From the NCBI GenBank assembly GCA_043228905.1, contig JBHGNT010000014.1:6200001-6264000 (forward strand): DNA of 64,000 nt, in the 5' to 3' direction. A program made the translations under genes and the position numbers. The DNA is from Azolla caroliniana (lineage: Eukaryota > Plantae > Polypodiophyta). Below are positions 49,415 through 60,900 of this stretch, in pieces; the stretch's first letter is position 1; every line of letters starts with the position of its first letter. The notes beneath the pieces were generated by a model. It had not been told where the DNA came from and searched no databases. It saw only the letters and a list, made by a program, of their open reading frames with translations.

Positions 49415-50265
49415 TGTCGTGCCTTTCGGCTCCAGATCGTTGCGTGAGTCGGGTGGGAACTACCGGGGTTTTGGACTAGGAGGAGGAAGAATTTGAGGCT
49501 AATCTAGTTATGAATATGAATAGATTATAAGAAAGAGATATAGAAACTTGTGAATCCCACAAGTATAATTGTTTTAGTTTATCTTAATCGTAGTAATAAA
49601 TTGAAATAGTTTAGAATAGATTAGAGTAGATTGAGAAAAGAGATCAAACCTTGTGAATCCCACAAGTATTACGTTAATCAATATTTATGTAAGAATATGA
49701 ATTTAGATTGAAAGAGATAGATTATATAAAACTTCGTGAATCCCACGATTCTATTTTATTATTGGTGTTTTAGGAAATATATCCAATTTCCCAAATATTT
49801 TACACACCTTTTACATTGTGCTCCTCATCCTTATATAGAGATGAGAGAGTCTTTTCCAACCCATGCGTTTTCTCTAACTATAGACTCCATGCTTTTTCTA
49901 TAGATAGATTATATGCTTTATCTAAAGTGATCATGCTTTTTCTAACTTGTGTGTTTTTTTTTATAAACTATAGTGTTCATACACGCTAGATATGCATGCG
50001 TAGCTTTTTCTTTTAGCATGCGTTTTTTTCTTTTAACTAAAGTTTATCCTACGTGAACTTTACTTTCTATGTGGGACATCTACTTTTTAACACTAATGAA
50101 ATGCTAGTGTAATGGTAAGACATTACATTATTAACATGGAGGTGCAAGGTTCGAATCTTGCCCTATGCATGTATGATTTATTTTGACATTTTATTCTATT
50201 TCTTCATATTTACTAAAACGTTACTTTATAAGTTTTTCATGTAGTGTACGAAATACACTACGACA
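49415..50265 (-). mobile_element. Gypsy solo LTR related to G1
   Basis: Termini match the reverse complement of the G1 LTR; perfect 4-bp TSD GCGG. Confidence 0.92.
50105..50184 (+). promoter_or_regulatory. tRNA-like A/B-box cassette, best preserved copy
   Basis: TAGTGTAATGGTAAG-N17-TGGAGGT-GCAAGGTTCGAATCTTGC-CCTATGCA..TTTT. Confidence 0.62.
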
Positions 50266-51461
50266 GCGGCAAGTGAAGAAGAGTTGATGCTCATCACCGA
50301 GGAGAGTGAGATAAACCTTGCCGGCGACGAGATGACCTGGGTGGTCGACTCTTGAGCGTCGTTCCACCTTACCCCGGACCGGAAATGCTTCTCATCCTAC
50401 TCAGCCGGTGATCACGGCTGTGTCCGGATGGGGAATGAAGGCACATGCCGAATTGTCGGCATAGGAGACGTGTGGCTGACAACACCAACCGGATGCAAGC
50501 TGATGCTGAAGGATGTCCGACACGTTCCGGAGGTGAATACCGGGGGCAGTTTGAGGAGTACTGTTGCTCGAAGGGAATCCGGCTCGAATTTACCGTGCCG
50601 AAGACGCCGGAACTAAATGGGCTGGCCGAGAGGATGAACGGGACCATAATGGAGAGGGTCCCGAGTATGCTGGCGCATGCAAAACTACCCAAGAAGTTTT
50701 GGGCTGAGGCACTGTCGACATCGACATATGTGATAAACAGATCACCCTCAGTACCCTTGGACGGAGACACAACATAGAGAGTCTGGACCAGTAAGGAAGT
50801 GTCCTACCGGCATCTGTGACAAGAACTGGACACTCCTTGTGCGCAACGTTCGGCCATAACCGAGGTTAAAATCATACACAAAAAACGGGAAATCAAACAC
50901 ACGACTCAAAGCCGAGAAGAATACACAGGATGTTTAACGTGGAAAACCCTGAGAGGGAAAAACCACAGGAGTCCACAGACTCCAAACTATTAGTATACAA
51001 TAATGTACAATGGTGGAGCACCGAGGCAACGACCTCGAGCTTGCTATCTTCGCCATAGTCGGCGGTTACAACAGAGATATGAAACCTTCGTCTCTTTCTC
51101 TCTCTCTCTCACTTTGTACACTGTTACACGCTCTCTCTTCTTGCACCAACAAGAATGACAACAACAACATTTTCAATAAGTTTTCCCTAAGTCATATTTA
51201 TACTAATATGAATTTTCGTCTATTTACAAATATAGCCCCGATGGACTCTCAAAAAACATATTTACGAATATGTCTCTTCATCCGGTGAGCACTCCTCACC
51301 GGGTCTGCACGCTCCGGCTCTCCGTAGCCGGGTACTCGTCATCCGGTTCTCACCGGGTCTGCACCATCCTACTCTCCGTAGCCGGGTACTCGTCATTCGG
51401 TTTCGGCACTGTTCTTCTCCTTTCCCATCCGGAGGGACCTGTCTCCCAACAAACTCCCCCT

Positions 51462-54400
51462 TCACTCCGGCATGGGGTGTGTTACTAGTCCGATCCGCTT
51501 CCGGCATGCATCTAGCTTGTCAGATATCAACACTTTGGTCAGCATATCTGACTCGTTCTCGGCCGTGTGGATCTTCATCAGTGCGAACTCCTCATCATCT
51601 ACTTTATCCCGAATCTAGTGATACCTTCGCTGGATATGCTTCATCTGGGAATGGTAGGCCGCATTCTTAGCAAGGTGGATGGCACTTTGACTACCGCAAT
51701 AGAGCCGGTATTCATCTTGTCGGATACCGAGATCTCCGATGAAGTCCTTCATCCATAATATTTCCTTGCCGGCTTCCACAGCCGCCATGTACTCCGCCTC
51801 CGTGGTTGACAATGCAACCGTCTTCTGCAGCCTCGACTGCCACGAAACAGCTCCCCCTTCATATGTCATTACATACCCGGTTGTAGACCGGATGGTATCC
51901 ACATCAGCCGACATGTCTGAATCGGTGAAACCGTCTAGTTGAGGTTTTCCGGAGCCGAATCGGAGACACATATTTGAAGTGCCCTTCAAATACCGGATTA
52001 TCCATTTGACCGCGTTCCAGTGCTCCTTGCCGGGATTGCTCATAAACCGGCTCACCACTCCGACTACGTATCCTATATCCAGTCGGGTACACACCATTGC
52101 GTACATTAGGCTCCCGACGGCAGAGGCATATGGAACCTTCATCATATCAGCCTTCTCTGCTTTCGTGTTCGGGCTTTGCTTACCGGATAACCTGCAGTTT
52201 GTCGGAAGTGTCGATCTGACCGGTTTCGCATTTGACATGTTGAACTGATGAAGCACCTTTGTCACGTACTTCTCCTGTGACAGCCACAATTGCTTCATTG
52301 ACCGGTTCCGGATGATATGCATCCCCAGCATCTGCCTTGCCGGACCCAAGTCTTTCATTGAGAAGGTCCGGTTGAGAGCCTTCTTCAGCATCCATATTTT
52401 GGCTTGGTGCCGTCCGACGATCAACATGTCGTCCACGTACAGAAGGAGTATCAGGAAGTCGCCTCCTTGGAACTTCTTCACAAACACGCAGTGATCGGCC
52501 TGTGTCTTGTGGTACCCTTGATCGGTCATGAAGGAGTCGAACTTTCGGTACCATTGCCGGGGGGCCTGCTTCAACCCGTAGAGGCTCTTCTTCAATCGAC
52601 AAACCAGGTGCTCCTACCCTTCCTCCACGAATCCTTCCGGTTGCTGCATGTAGATCTCCTCTTCGAGGTCTCCGTGAAGGAATGCCGTCTTCATGTCCAG
52701 CTGCTCTACCTCGAGATCCATGCTTGCCGCTATACTCAGCACCGTCCGGATGGAGGTCATCTTTACTACTGGGACAAATATCTCATCGAAGTCCACGCCC
52801 TTCTTCTGCTGGAACCCCTTCACCACGATCCTGGCTTTGTATCTCGGGGGGTTGCCGGCATCTCCCGGTTTCAACTTGTACACCCACTTATTTCGGAGTG
52901 CCCGCTTTTTCTTTCAGCAGCTCCACCAATTCATACGTATGGTTCTCATGCAGGGAATCCATCTCATCCTGCATGGCACTTAACCATTTATGGCTGTGGG
53001 TGTCATCCTTCGCCTCTACGAAGCTTTCTGGCTCCCCCCCATCGGTTAGCAGCACATGCTCTGCATCCAGAAATCTCCGGGGGGACCGTTGTTTCTCTGA
53101 GAGGATATCCCCGTCTTTGGGCTTCGGTAACCGGCTCGTCCATTTTTCTTCATCCGAATCCGATTCGGGGTCTTTGCCAGTTCCAGTTTCAGCTTCCTCT
53201 ACTTCTTCTTCTGCCGGTTCGGTATCCTCACCGTAACCGGCTGGTTCCTCGAGTGCTAACCGGTCTCTTGTTGGTTGGGTCTGCTCATCGTAGAGCCGAT
53301 CCTTACCGGTCGACTCGGAGTTCATTATCTTCTTCTCCGACTCCCGGTCGGCGAGCGTCTTGTCCTCCATGAAGATAATATCTCGACTCCGGAATACCTT
53401 CTTGTCGACCAGGTCCCACACTCGGTAGCCGAACTCATCGTCGCCGTAACCGAGGAATATGCATGGCCGGGTCTTCGTATCTAGTTTTCCTCTCCGGTCC
53501 TTAGCTACATGCACATACGCAAGACACCCGAATACCTTCAGATGCCGGTAGGACACTTCCTTACCTGTCCAGACTCTCTGTGGCGTGTCTCCGTCCAAGG
53601 GTACTGAGGGTGATCTGTTTATCACATACATCGTTGTCGACAGCGCCTCAGCCCAAAATGCCTTGGGTAGTTTTGCATGCGCTAGCATACTCCGGACCCT
53701 CTCCATTATGGTCCGGTTCATCCTCTCGGTCAACCCGTTTAGTTTCGGCGTCTTCGGCACGGGAAATTCGAGCCGGATTCCCTTCGAACGACAGTACTCC
53801 TCAAATTGCCCCCGGTATTCACCTCCATTATCTGCTCGAACCGCCTTCAGCTTCCGGCCGGTTTCTCTTTCCACTCTCGCGTGGAGCTCTTTCAAGATGG
53901 ATAGCACCTGATCCTTTGTCTTAAATGGTGTGGCCCACAGCTTCCGGTTGTGGTCATCTATGAACGTCACGAAGTACTGCGCTTCGGCATGTGACTTCGT
54001 GTCCACTTGACACACATCCGTATGCACCAACTCCAGTGGCGCATTACGTCTCATCGGTGGCCTTGATCGGAAGGAGGTCCGGTTTTGTTTACCGGCCAGA
54101 CAATTAGTGCAATTCTCCAAGTGCAGGTTCTTCACTGGAATGAGGTTGTCGTCTGCAAGGCTCTTCATCCCCTTCTCGCTCATGTGGCACAATCTCTTGT
54201 GCCACAGCTCACCGGCAGTGTCGGATGCCACGTTCTCTTCTTCCGGGCATAACCGGGCAATCATCAGGTACAACGTGTTGACCTTCTGAGCCCGAGCCAC
54301 AATCAGGCTCCCTTTGCTGAACTTCATAACACTGTTCCGGATGCTACCCGTGTAACCTTCATCATCTAGCCGACCGGCTGATATCAGGTTCAGACGAACC

Positions 54401-54858
54401 TCCGGAACGTGTCGGACATCCTTCAGCAGCAGCTTGCATCCGGTTGGTGTTGTCAGCCACACATCTCCTATGCCGACAATTCGGCATGTACCTTCATTCC
54501 CCATCCGGACACAGCCGTGATCACCGACTGAGTAGGATGAGAAGCACTTCTGGTCCGGGGTAAGGTGGAACGACGCTTCGGAGTCGACCACCAAGGTCAT
54601 CTCGTCGCCGGCAAGGTTTATCTCACTCTCCTCGGTGATGAGCATCAACTCTTCTTCACTTGCCGCGATTGCCGTCGTTCCCTTCCGGTCCGGCCCCCTC
54701 CGGTCTTTACCGTTCCGGTCCGGTGTCCACTTCGAATCGGTACCGTCGGTTTCCTTGTCTTTTCGGAAATGCCGACAGCTCTTTTGGAAGTGTCCCGACT
54801 TGCCACAATAGAAGCAAGTAGGCCTCCCCCTTGACTTTGACCGTGTCCCCGACTTTTC
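51462..54858 (-). pseudogene. pol: A5 pol (PR, INT, RT, RNase H), frameshifted
   Basis: ORFs 52888-54648, 52614-52883, 51615-52595 with RADNGGEY, YVDDML, TDSDM. Confidence 0.9.
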
Positions 54859-55514
54859 TCGGTGTTGTGAAGAAAACCATCCCCTGGCGCAATCGGTGAA
54901 TAGCGCACATGAACTGGCCCTTCACGTGTGCGCACTCTTAATGTATATAATAGAGAATTAGGTACAGAGAGAGATCCGGGGTAGTTAGATTCGGTAGGTA
55001 GGAAGTAAATGAGGGAGACGGCTCCCTTCTTGACGCTATAAAGGAGAGGGAGACGCAGGGAGAAGATATAGCGCATTGAGGAGGACGAAGTGTTGTCGGA
55101 CCGGAACTGAACGCTTCTCCTCTGTCTGTTCTCTGTTGCCCTTCTCTGCAGGTTTCGGGAGGCTCGCGCTGCTTCGAGGAACGCCCCTGTGCTTCCGGCA
55201 GCACCTCCATCCTATTCCCATTTCGTGCGTAGACGAATAGGCATCGGCATCTGTCCGCCGGCCTGTTCGGTTGTAGCCGCTCGCGTGTTCTGCTGTGTAC
55301 TCGTTATTCGTTAATATACAAACACTTGTTTCTTCCTGTCTCTGTGTCCATTCGCGTCTTTTGTGTTGACGGGCCACGCCCCTGTGTTTCTTTGCTCATA
55401 CGTGACCGGGCGTCTCTCTCCTTCTCTTTCCCCTTCTATCACCTGCTCTTCGGTTCAAGAACCCGGTGGTCCCGCCTTGTTTCTCCATGCACGCGCGTAA
55501 CAACGCGACATCTT

Positions 55515-55531
55515 TGGTGAACCCGACGTGA
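55515..55531 (+). promoter_or_regulatory. PBS, tRNA-Trp
   Basis: TGGTGAACCCGACGTGA, exact complement of the plant tRNA-Trp 3' end. Confidence 0.88.
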
Positions 55532-55554
55532 AACAGGCGGCAGAGGAGTAGAAG

Positions 55555-57403
55555 ATGAGGGGGTCAGATCTTGCAGATAGTGAGCGCGCGCGAGGGCACC
55601 GGCGCCCTTGACAGGGCTATTGAGGCGATCGTCGGTACGATCGGCCGGTTCAGTGTAAAGGATGCCACGAGTTATTTGGCGTCCTACTGGGCGGAGATGT
55701 TGATGAGGGATATCCCGGAAGAGAGGAGTCTCGCCGGATTCCCTCGAGTGGCGATGCCGGGCATCCATGCGGAGGTGCTCGAGTTCCGGGCGGAGAGACG
55801 GACCTGGGAAGAGTTCGAAGGACGGCTCCTGGAGAAATACGGGCTGGATGACGCGCTTCGACTTACGAAGCGAAGCTTCATGGAATGGGTGGAGTCCCCC
55901 AACAAAGGAAGAAATGCGTCAGTACTCCTCTGGGAGTTTGAGGAACGCTTTGCGCGCCTTTCGACGCTCGATCGGACTGTTCTGGACACAAGTCGTGTCC
56001 TACTGTTTGTGAAATCGGTTGACACACGGGATCGGGGGCAAGTTGGCTCCTTACTGGAAACCGAAGACGGGCTGACGACCGACTGGGCCGCGGTAAAGAG
56101 AGTCTGCGGCCGTTTTAACAAACGGTGGGAGTGGGCTGATACAGAGGCGACCGGGGCGGGACCTGTCGTAGCAAGGAAGCTCGAACCGATACCACAAGCA
56201 CGAAGGGAAGAGACCCGGGAGTGGCTCGAAACCGGTTCATCTTCGACCGGCGTGATCAGAGGCTCGTCCGGGGGAACAGCTCTGGAGGAGTTGACAGGAG
56301 TGGTAAAGGATCTCCAGATCGCCCAGGCTCGGAGGGAAGGCGGCGATCAGGCTCGTGACCGACGGCCTCCGGCAGGAAGTAGGTGCATGTGGTGCGACGA
56401 GGTCAGCCACATCCGGAAAGACTGCGGGACTTTATGGAGGCTTTGAGAAGCCAGGTAGTGTACCTGTGGGAGGGTCGGGTGCACGCCAGCGATACCCGGA
56501 GGGCCTTGAACCGAAACGACGGAAGAGGAGGAATGAAAAGGCTGATGGAAGAGGCGGCAGCCTGGCACGCGGAGACCGTCCACTACTCAGCGTCCCTCAC
56601 AGAGATACGAAACCCGATTTGGGCCGAAACGGAACGAGGTCGGTGAGTCCAGTGCCCGGGATAACCACAAGAAGGGCGGATACCGGTTGGGCACGGAGAT
56701 CGAAAGGACCACGGACCTACGAAAGGTCCTGGAAGAACGAATCCTCGATAGCAAGGTGGAACTGTCATTGCGAGAGGTGCTCGGGATAGCCAAGAAGGAG
56801 TTCCACAACTCCATCGTGGACTTGGTGAAGAGGAAGAGGCTATCGACGGAGGTAGAACCGGAAAGGCCGGTGGAAGTGCGGACGACGCACATAGAGGACA
56901 TGGCGCTGGAAGACGAGTGGGCGGAGAGCTACTATTCGAGGCCACACTAGGCCCGAGCGACCACGGAAACCCCGGTAAAAATCGGAGATGTTCAGGAACC
57001 GGTGGTGGCACTGGTGGACCACGGTTCGGAAATAAACCTTATGTCCATGGACTTCTACAAAAAGGGGAAATAGCCAATCAACACTAAGCACGGGTGGAAG
57101 ATACGGGCGGCGACGCGCGCCACTGAGGAACTACATGGGGCTTGCCCAAACGTACGAGTCAAGATCGGCGACGTCGAAATAAACCAACACTTCTTTGTGC
57201 AGGAAACGTCCTCGCACCCGGTCATTCTAGGGGAACCGTACATTACGGCGGCGCGAATGGAGACCAAGGTGCTGGACAACGGGTCGGCTTACGCGAGGGT
57301 CAAGAGCCAAGACGGGCGTCATTCAGTCCAGTTCCTGACGGTACGACCCAACCACGAGCGAAACCGCGAGTCCCTCGGTGGCGAGAACCGAGAGGATTTT
57401 TAG
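55555..57403 (+). pseudogene. gag: G2 gag-protease
   Basis: CMWCDEVSHIRKDC knuckle; ALVDHGSEINLMS; ends GAT TTT TAG; start position approximate. Confidence 0.88.
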
Positions 57404-57459
57404 AGAGGGCTGCCAAGGCGTGGGGCCGCGACAGTCCGGACACTCCAGGAAAACCCCAC
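57394..57459 (+). promoter_or_regulatory. Putative -1 ribosomal frameshift signal (G2)
   Basis: G GAT TTT TAG, stem GGGCTG/CAGTCC, loop GTGGGG pairs with downstream CCCCAC; pol in the -1 frame. Confidence 0.75.
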
Positions 57460-60400
57460 AAATGTACGATAAAAGCGAAACCAAAGAATCCTTGTACCAT
57501 AAGTAGGAAGTTTTGTTTCTCCAACAACGGAGGGTGTACGATAGTCGGCGTCGTAGGTCGAGAAAAGACAAGGGCGGAAGAGCGACTTCGGGCGTGCGGA
57601 GTTCTCGGGCCCAATGAGGAAATCAATGGAGCCGTGGAGGCGGTCTCCTTCGACGATACCTTGGGAATACTGCGAGAGGTGGTCGGAGAGGGCCTTAAAG
57701 AGGACCGGACGATGCCAGTTTGTTCAGAAGAGATGTATGGAGTCATTGCGGACTTCAGTCGGGGGCTCGAGTCGGATCGGACAGCCCGGGTTAACACGAA
57801 GTACAAGACTGTGGACCGGAAGGTAAGGCCAGTCGCGGCACCCTTACCGGAGGGCAGCGAGTTGCGAATCGAAGGGGTCGCGTCGGACCCCAGTTTACGT
57901 GATCCGGCCTGCATAGGACACACCTTCACCGACAGAACGCTACGGGAGCTCAAAATCGGTGGGGGCGGGTTCCTACTGCCGGCGGAAGAAGACTGGTTTT
58001 GGAGAATGCTCGGAAGGCACGGGAAAGCCTTCGCATTCTCGCCGGAAGAAATCGGGTGCGTAGACCCGACAGTCGTGAAGCCGATGGTGATATTCACGGT
58101 ACCGCATGTACCATGGAATCTGAAGCCAATTTCGGTACCAAGAGCTGATGGAGCTATTGAGGCAGAAAGTCGATATGGGCATCCTCGAACCGTCGAGTGC
58201 CCCGTACTCGAACCGGTGGTTTACTGTACCGAAGAAGAACGGGACGTTGCACTTCATTCAAGACCTGCAGCCGGTCAACAAAGTGACCATTCGGAACACA
58301 GGAATCGGACCAACGATAGACGAGTTCGCGGAGGCCTTCGTCGGAAGGTCGATCTACTCGGTCGGTGATCTATACTCGGGGTACAATCAGTTCCAACTAG
58401 CCGTAGAGAGCAGAGACATTACGACGATGCAGACTCCTCTCGGCCTAGTACGGATGTGCACCCTGCCGCAAGGAGGGACGAACTCGGTGGCCTACATGGT
58501 GAATGCGATGAACAAGGTGCTGAGGGATTGTATCCCGGACGTCACCATGCCATTCTTGGACGACATCCCGATCAAGGGATGTCCGGTGGAGGAAAGGGAT
58601 GAAACGATCGGACCGGACGGATGCCGGAAATTCGTGACGACACACATTGACGACTGCAAGAGGGTGCTGCAGAGGCTAGAGGACGCGAGGCTCACCTTCT
58701 TCGGGGAAAAATCGGCCTTCGGGAAATCAGAGATCATGGTCATCGGACATCTATGCGGACCGTATGGCCGGAAACCGTCTCCAGCAAAGGTGGAAGCCAT
58801 CTCCGCAATGAAGCCCGACTGTAACTCGGTCACGGAGGTACGGAGGTTCTTGGGAGCATGCGCGTTCTACCACATATGGATCCCACATTACGCCCACGTT
58901 GCCGAGCCGCTATACGGGTTGCTAAAAAAGGGGCGAAAATTCGAGTGGCGAGACGAGCATACGGAGACAGTGCGAAAGATGAAGGAGGCTCTTGCTGCGG
59001 CTCCGACACTCCGGAAGGCTGTCTACGAGAAAGGCAATCCCGTCTACATAACGGTAGATACGAGTCCGACCGGGATCGGATGGGTCGTCAACCAAGAAGA
59101 CGAGGACGGCATCCGGTTCCCAATCCGGTTCGGCGCGAAGGTCCTCAGCAAGCGATAGCGAGGATACGCCCAGGTTAAACGCGAACTCTAGGGTATCGTT
59201 TCGGCGGTAAAGGCCGATAAAGACTATCTGATTGGGACAGAGGTGATTATCGAGACGGACTGCCTGCCGATTCTCGGCATGGTTTCCGGATGCGCAACCC
59301 CGGACCTGGCGATGCTCAGGTGGATAGCGTACATCAAGTCCCTGGATCCGGAAGTACGACACATTTCCGGGAAAGACAATGCCATGGCCGACATGCTTTC
59401 GAGGGCGCGATTCAACGACGAGGGCGGCATGGTTTCGGAGGACGAGGAAGTCGGCGTAGACTTCTTCGAGGCGGCTTACGTAACAACCGAGGGGGGGAGC
59501 ACTCCGACGCTTAACGATTTCAACGAGAGCAAGTACGACGGGGAGTGGCTGCAGATTGGGGGATTCTTAAGGACAATGATGCCGGATGCATCGTGGACAA
59601 GGGACGAGGCCAACCGGATCCGGAAGAAAGCGTACTGGTTCTTTCTCCGGAATGGATACTTGTGGAAGCACCTGAAGAAGAGGAACGACATCCCGCTCCG
59701 AGTAGTGGCGACGAAGGAGGAACAGGAGGAATTGCTGAAGACCTACCACGACAGCCCCTGGGCTGGGCACCGTGGGACGTGGGCCACGTTCGAGAAGCTG
59801 AAGGGGAAGTACTGGTGGCCGGGACTGTACCAGGACATGCATCGGTTCGTGACAACTTGTGAGAGCTGTCAAGTGCACTCCGTAGTCCGACATCGGGACG
59901 AGCTTCACCCCACATACCCTCCGGCCATCCACTTCAAATGGATGGTAGATTTGGTGACGATGCCGATGGGCGTAGGACAGATGCGATATCTGGTGCTGGC
60001 CGGGGAGGACCTGACGAACCAGGTGGAAGGCCGAGCCCTGCAGAACAAAACGACCGCGGCCGTGTGTCGGTTCCTGATCGAGGACGTGATATGCTGGTAC
60101 GGGTGCGTCGGAAAGATCATGGCTGACCGCGGGGAGTTGGACGCCGAAGAGGCCGAGGAGCTGTTCAACCAGTTGGGGGTCAAGCTCTCGCTCACCACAA
60201 CGTAGAATCCGGAGGCAAACGGGAAGGTAGAGCGTGGGCACGAGCCAATCGTCAAAGCGCTAGTCCGGGCATGCGGAGACCAGGTCGGGAACTGGCCGTG
60301 GCTGTTACCCTATGCCTTGTGGGCGGACCGGACAACGCACAGTTCGGTAACTGGGTTCATGCTGTCGGAACTCATGTTCGGACAGAAGCCGATCATGCCG

Positions 60401-60900
60401 ATGGAATGGACGATCTCCTCTTGGGCGATAGTAGACTGGAGCGACGAAATCAGTCGGGAAGAACTGCTAGCGGCGCGTATACGGCAGCTCGAGCGGAGAC
60501 AAGAGGACGTGGAATGAGCGGCGGAGAGACTTCGGGCGGCGAGGATGAAGAACAAAGCCCGGTTCGACCGGACGCACCGGCTCCAACCGAAGAAAATCGA
60601 GGAAGGCGACTGGGTGCTAGTTTACGACAGCAGCCTCGACAACCAGCACCGAGCAACACGGAAGTTCGCGAAGCGGTGGTTCGGGCCTTACGTGGTAACG
60701 AGCGCCAACGACAACAGGACGTATCACCTGGCGGAACTCGACGGTACGAGGATGGCGACGCCGGTAGCAGGGAAGCGGGTCAAAGCGTTCAAGAAACGCC
60801 ACGACGACGAACCGGATCTACGAGGCCTGGACAGCGAAGACGAACAGTTCGAAACGGAGGGCGAACCGATGGACGAAGAAACAGGACCCAGACCGGTTTT
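57400..60900 (+). pseudogene. pol: G2 pol (RT, RNase H, integrase)
   Basis: ORFs 58148-59158, 59243-60205, 60545 onward; PFLDD, DTSPTG, HHCC/DDE, GPY. Confidence 0.92.

Noticed and set aside
50105-50170. True tRNA gene
   Set aside because: No convincing acceptor or anticodon stem; reported only as a tRNA-like cassette
52404-60241. Long antisense ORFs opposite pol genes (e.g. 52404-53372, 57300-58097, 59567-60241)
   Set aside because: Expected shadow ORFs of GC-rich coding sequence; boundaries differ between copies
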